The notes under the pieces are model-generated. The model searched no databases. It saw only the letters and a program-made list of their open reading frames with translations, and was not told the DNA's origin. A stretch of DNA of 64,000 bases from an uncultured Chloroflexia bacterium (lineage in GTDB: Bacteria; Chloroflexota; Chloroflexia; QHBQ01; JADMIH01), in contig CAWCNY010000003.1 in NCBI GenBank assembly GCA_963797095.1, positions 736,001 through 800,000 on the forward strand. The letters run 5' to 3'. This document shows positions 62,235 through 64,000 of this stretch, piece by piece. Every line of letters begins with the position of its first letter. The first letter of the stretch is position 1. The translations under genes and the position numbers were made by a program.

Positions 62235-62452
62235 CACATGCGATGGTGCATACAACCGAGCGACACAATGTTGATGTGGGGGCGATAAACCGGGTGTGAA
62301 CTTTGCAGCCCCGAGGCAGTAAATCGGAGGGGTGCTTCACTGAGCGAACAACGCGGCATGTTCCGGCAGCGATTGAGTGCCCTGCAGAACGCACTCATAT
62401 ACGCCCCTGAGCACGAGAGCAGACAAGCCTGGACGCCACGTATGATGTATAA

Positions 62453-63112
62453 TTGGGCATGGGCAATATGGGCACCATGGGAAGAGCATACCATCGCCGC
62501 AGACGGTCTGGCTACCTTGTCTATTACGACAGGCCGAGCAACTCCACCCCATTTCGCTCCCTGGTACGCTATGCGCGACGGCTGGACCGGACTCACGTCA
62601 GTTCTTCCCTGATGGCGGTGCTGGTGGGGTTTGCACTGACCATGATCTGCCAGGGCCACTTCGTTGACGGCCGGTTCACCGGCCCGCACCTGATGATCCT
62701 GGGCGGATCCATGCACCACGATGCATTTGCCCATCAAGACTTTCCTGAGGACGGCACCTGGGATCCCGCCCAACCGGATGGCATAGGTATAGACGATCCA
62801 GCCACACTCGATCATCACAGCCATGCCGGTGTCTACCCCCAAACCCAGGCATTTACCTCGACAACCCCCACAACGCCCACAGGAAATTCAATCGGCGCTA
62901 ACTCAGCCAAGGCTGCCCTCAACCCCCTGGTGGAATCGGGAAGCAGCGTCGCCCTGAGCTACCTGATCACTCTGTTGCTACTGGGGTTTGCCCTCAGTCT
63001 GCGACGCGGCGAGATAGGAGAGACCAACCAGCACAGGTCACAGGTCAACTCCCCGCCCGACCCTCCCCCGCCGCGCCCTTATTCTACCGGCGCTCTTGTA
63101 TTAGCGCCCTAA
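62453..63112 (+). CDS. His-rich membrane protein with C-terminal PPDPPPPR (DUF2946-like)
   Basis: Two hydrophobic segments, C/H-rich loop (ICQGH, MHH, HHSH), polyproline end, upstream of copC. Confidence 0.5.
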   Translation: MGMGNMGTMGRAYHRRRRSGYLVYYDRPSNSTPFRSLVRYARRLDRTHVSSSLMAVLVGFALTMICQGHFVDGRFTGPHLMILGGSMHHDAFAHQDFPEDGTWDPAQPDGIGIDDPATLDHHSHAGVYPQTQAFTSTTPTTPTGNSIGANSAKAALNPLVESGSSVALSYLITLLLLGFALSLRRGEIGETNQHRSQVNSPPDPPPPRPYSTGALVLAP

Positions 63113-63246
63113 TCCTCCCACGATCACGACCACAATTGTAGGTCGAACCAATCCAAAAATATCTGACCCTGAGCACGCGGACCTGGACCAGGTGCCTGGC
63201 ACTTGTGCCTTGATCCGGCTATCATTGATGAAAGGGAGTTCTAACT

Positions 63247-63822
63247 GTGCAACGACTAAATCGCGCTTCAATGCGCATCCTGATAACTTGCAGCGCCGTG
63301 CTGCTCATGAGCATCCTCTTTGTGACTGCCGCTAGCGCCCACGCTCACATCGAAAGCTCGACCCCCAGCGACGGGGAAGTGCTCACCGCCGAACCCTCCA
63401 CCGTCAGCGCAGTGTACGGCGAGGAAACGTCCCTCACCGGCACCAAATTCGAGGTTTCCTATGCCAAAGACGCCTCCTCCACTGCCCAGGTAGTGGCGCA
63501 GGGTGCGGTAGATGTCAACGACCGCACCAAAGTAAGCGCATCGCTCCCGGCTGGCCTGGGCGATGGCATATACTCGGTCAAATGGCACACTCTCACCGAG
63601 GACGACAACGGGCAGGTGGACGGCACGTTCAGCTTCACCGTAGCCAGCGGTGGGACGGCATCCGGCTCCACAGGCCAGACAGGCAGCGAGCAAGAGCAGC
63701 CTGAGGCAAGCGAGTTGCCAGCTACCGGCCAGCCCGACGGGGTATCGTGGCTGGGAGTGCTGCTGGTAGGGGTCGCCCTGCTGGGCAGCGGCCTTGTCGT
63801 GCGTCGCCGGGCGGCGCGCTAA
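63247..63822 (+). CDS. copC: CopC-family copper-binding protein with LPxTG sorting signal
   Basis: Signal peptide ASA-HAHIESSTP, GxYxVxW...GTFSFTV, LPATG + TM + RRRAAR. Confidence 0.8.
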   Translation: MQRLNRASMRILITCSAVLLMSILFVTAASAHAHIESSTPSDGEVLTAEPSTVSAVYGEETSLTGTKFEVSYAKDASSTAQVVAQGAVDVNDRTKVSASLPAGLGDGIYSVKWHTLTEDDNGQVDGTFSFTVASGGTASGSTGQTGSEQEQPEASELPATGQPDGVSWLGVLLVGVALLGSGLVVRRRAAR

Positions 63823-63842
63823 CCGCCTGCAAGACCTTGACC

Positions 63843-63896
63843 GCGCAGGTCGCGCCGCCCCTCGCCCTGGGAAGCTGAGAACGGCGCGACCTGCGC
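63843..63896 (+). terminator. GC-rich stem-loop downstream of copC
   Basis: 15-bp perfect arms GCGCAGGTCGCGCCG / CGGCGCGACCTGCGC; no clear U-tract. Confidence 0.4.
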
Positions 63897-64000
63897 AGGT
63901 TCCAATTCCGTGGTAATACTATTTATCAACCGGTCATGACCTCTGGCCTTGCGATCCTGGCTCTGCGGGTGAGCGGCTCCCCCTGGAAAGACCCCCGAAA

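Overview
Bacterial chromosomal window, most likely a Chloroflexota (Chloroflexia-like) genome; this is inferred from the Cys-rich SLH domains (GYPCGGxGEPC...PYFRP), the many XRE/STAND/TPR regulators and the short heptamer repeats. From left to right: two paralogous XRE-HTH+TPR (RRNPP-like) regulators around an SLH protein and a PPi-type phosphofructokinase; a small secreted Cys-containing peptide gene; an XRE-ATPase; USP, ADP-forming acyl-CoA ligase and glpK; and a MalT/BTAD activator divergent from a PHA cluster with two phaR/E-phaC pairs, one PhaC lacking the catalytic Cys. A mobile-element hotspot at 29.6-40.7 kb holds an IS6 whose transposase is split by two nested group II introns, a TetR/ABC module, other IS remnants and a third intron remnant. 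Further right are a split adenylate cyclase-STAND-TPR pair, an XRE-NB-ARC-TPR regulator, a 1906-aa SLH surface protein, fabF, a polymorphic toxin with an eCIS-cargo-like leader plus SMI1/KNR4 immunity gene, copies of a 24-bp mini repeat, and a copper module (DUF2946-like gene plus LPxTG-anchored CopC). I saw no rRNA, tRNA or CRISPR array. All family calls come from motif recognition by eye, not database searches.
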